DNA of 64,000 nucleotides from NCBI RefSeq assembly GCF_009914755.1, contig NC_060930.1, one strand, 5' to 3'. The notes under the pieces were generated by a model. The model was not told the DNA's origin. It was given only the letters and a program-made list of their open reading frames with translations, and made no database searches. The DNA comes from the human T2T-CHM13v2.0 reference genome, Homo sapiens. The number at the start of each line of letters is the position of its first letter. Positions within the stretch are counted from its first letter, which is position 1. This document shows, piece after piece, positions 62,229 through 64,000 of this stretch. The position numbers and the translations under genes are program-made.

Positions 62229-63339
62229 CATGCATGTATATTTTTACTTGCTACTTGTCCGCTTATTTAACAAACTTTTTTAGAATCTTTTGTGTGCCTG
62301 GAATAGTTCTGGATACTGAGAATAGAATAGAATGTTATAACAAAACAAAGACCATGTCCTATTGTCCCTCTGGTCTAGACAAAGAGACAGATAATATTCA
62401 AAAAGTCATATACACTGTGTCAGTAACATGAAGTACAGAAAAGAGCACAAAGCCGTCCTTGACAGGTCTGGTCTGTTATTCAAGGCCCCCTTCAAATGTC
62501 ACCTTCCTTAGGAGTTTCTTACCAATCGTTTACCCAGGATGTAAATTTTGTACCTTAATAAAAATGAAACTTCAGAAAACAAGGATTTTTGCCAGTTTGT
62601 TTTCATATAAGCCAAATACCTTAATAACAGGACATAGAAAATACTTTATAAATATTAATCAAATAAACAACTTTGAAGCTCTTACTTCTTTGTTTTTACC
62701 ATGTCTTGCAGCAGTTATATTATTGCTTTTCATATTCTATGTTTATTTGCATAATTATTTTTATCATCACTTCAGTCTAAAAACAGCAAAAAGTCAGGGA
62801 TTTTACATAAGCGTAAATTACTTTACATAAGTACAATGTAGATTTTACTTTTTCTTCTATCCTTGCAATGCTTATTCCACTGTACACTACTCTCACTTAT
62901 CAAACAGAATAAGCAACATACATTCAAAGACATCCTAATTAATATACATATTGCTTAAGTGCTAATGTTAGTCAAAAGTTGTCTCTAATTGACACTGGTC
63001 TCATTTTGCCACTTGGTAACATATTTTGCAGTGGCATTCCTTAATGGCCTCACTTGTTTATTATTTGTTTCTATAAAAAAAAAATTTGAGTTTTGAGTGA
63101 AATGGATCATGCGTATAATTTGCCTCTTTTTTTTTTAGTCTTTCTTGCATAGTGTCATATAAATCTGAAGGGCTTGGAAAAGAATTTTTAATTTTAATAA
63201 ACTCATCTGGTAGCAAAGCTGCATTGTTCTATTTAAACTTTTGTGGTATTAATTAATTTATTTACACATTTCTTACATGTATTTTATTAAGAAATAAAAG
63301 GATTTAGTTCCATGATGCAACTGGAAATTTGCAAAACCA

Positions 63340-63600
63340 AATATAATACTACTTAAAATGTGTATTATACATAGTATGCGTTTGACACTGTTATTCAGAA
63401 GGATATTAATTCATTTAATATTTTACAAAATCCACGGAGGTAGGTACTATTATTATTTGTATTTACGTAAGAAGAACCTGAAGCATCCAGAGTTTATATA
63501 AATTGTCCTAAGTTATACAGCTAGTAGGTAAGAGTTGGTACAATCAAATTCAGTAAGCCTAGGCCCAAATTCAGTGCCCTCAAGACTGTTGCTCTACTGT
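63340..63600 (-). mobile_element. MIR SINE
   Basis: aattcatttaatattttacaaaatccacggaggtaggtactattattat...aattgtcctaagttatacagctagtaggt. Confidence 0.7.
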
Positions 63601-64000
63601 TCCTCCTAGATATGTATGTGCCTATGAAATGAGTAAAAAGAAAGCGGATGACATTCGGAAAATAAAGAGAAGAGAGACTAATCTCAAATATGTTCCTACA
63701 AATATAAAACAATTTAATATATAGCTTTTTATGTAGGCAATCCCATAACTCCAAAAGTGAAGAATAATAAAATTATTGAGAAGGCCTAAAAATAGGAAAT
63801 TAGGGTGAAAGGAAAATAACTATTTATAATTTGATGCATACAGGTCTAGATTTTATCAAAACACAGTGATCAAAAGCAGTCTGGTGAGAATCTATTTCTG
63901 TTTTGGCTACATCCTCCTTTTCTCATATTTTGTTCCACTTGAAATACCTATTATTTTATATATTTGAGATGCATTGTCATAGTAAGAGTAGCTTAAAAGC

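Overview
AT-rich, gene-poor primate (human-like) genomic DNA, most likely intronic or intergenic. No known protein-coding gene could be recognised; nearly all long ORFs in the track are L1 ORF1/ORF2 remnants or Alu/chance ORFs. The window holds six L1PA insertions (three 5'-inverted by twin priming), seven Alus plus one monomer, a THE1 solo LTR, a 34-nt U2 snRNA 5' retro-fragment with TSDs, old L1M/L2/MIR debris, microsatellites, several local tandem duplications and a 60-bp palindrome. The most unusual object is the 5.8-kb inverted L1PA3/4-type element at 26648-32417. Its inversion junction carries a perfect 43-nt reverse-complement copy of unique DNA at 34228-34270. With one deleted base restored, this insert fuses the L1 antisense ORF0 in frame to ORF1, downstream of the now re-oriented antisense promoter. 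Several unverified + strand exon candidates (including two terminal-exon-like segments) hint at a host transcript.
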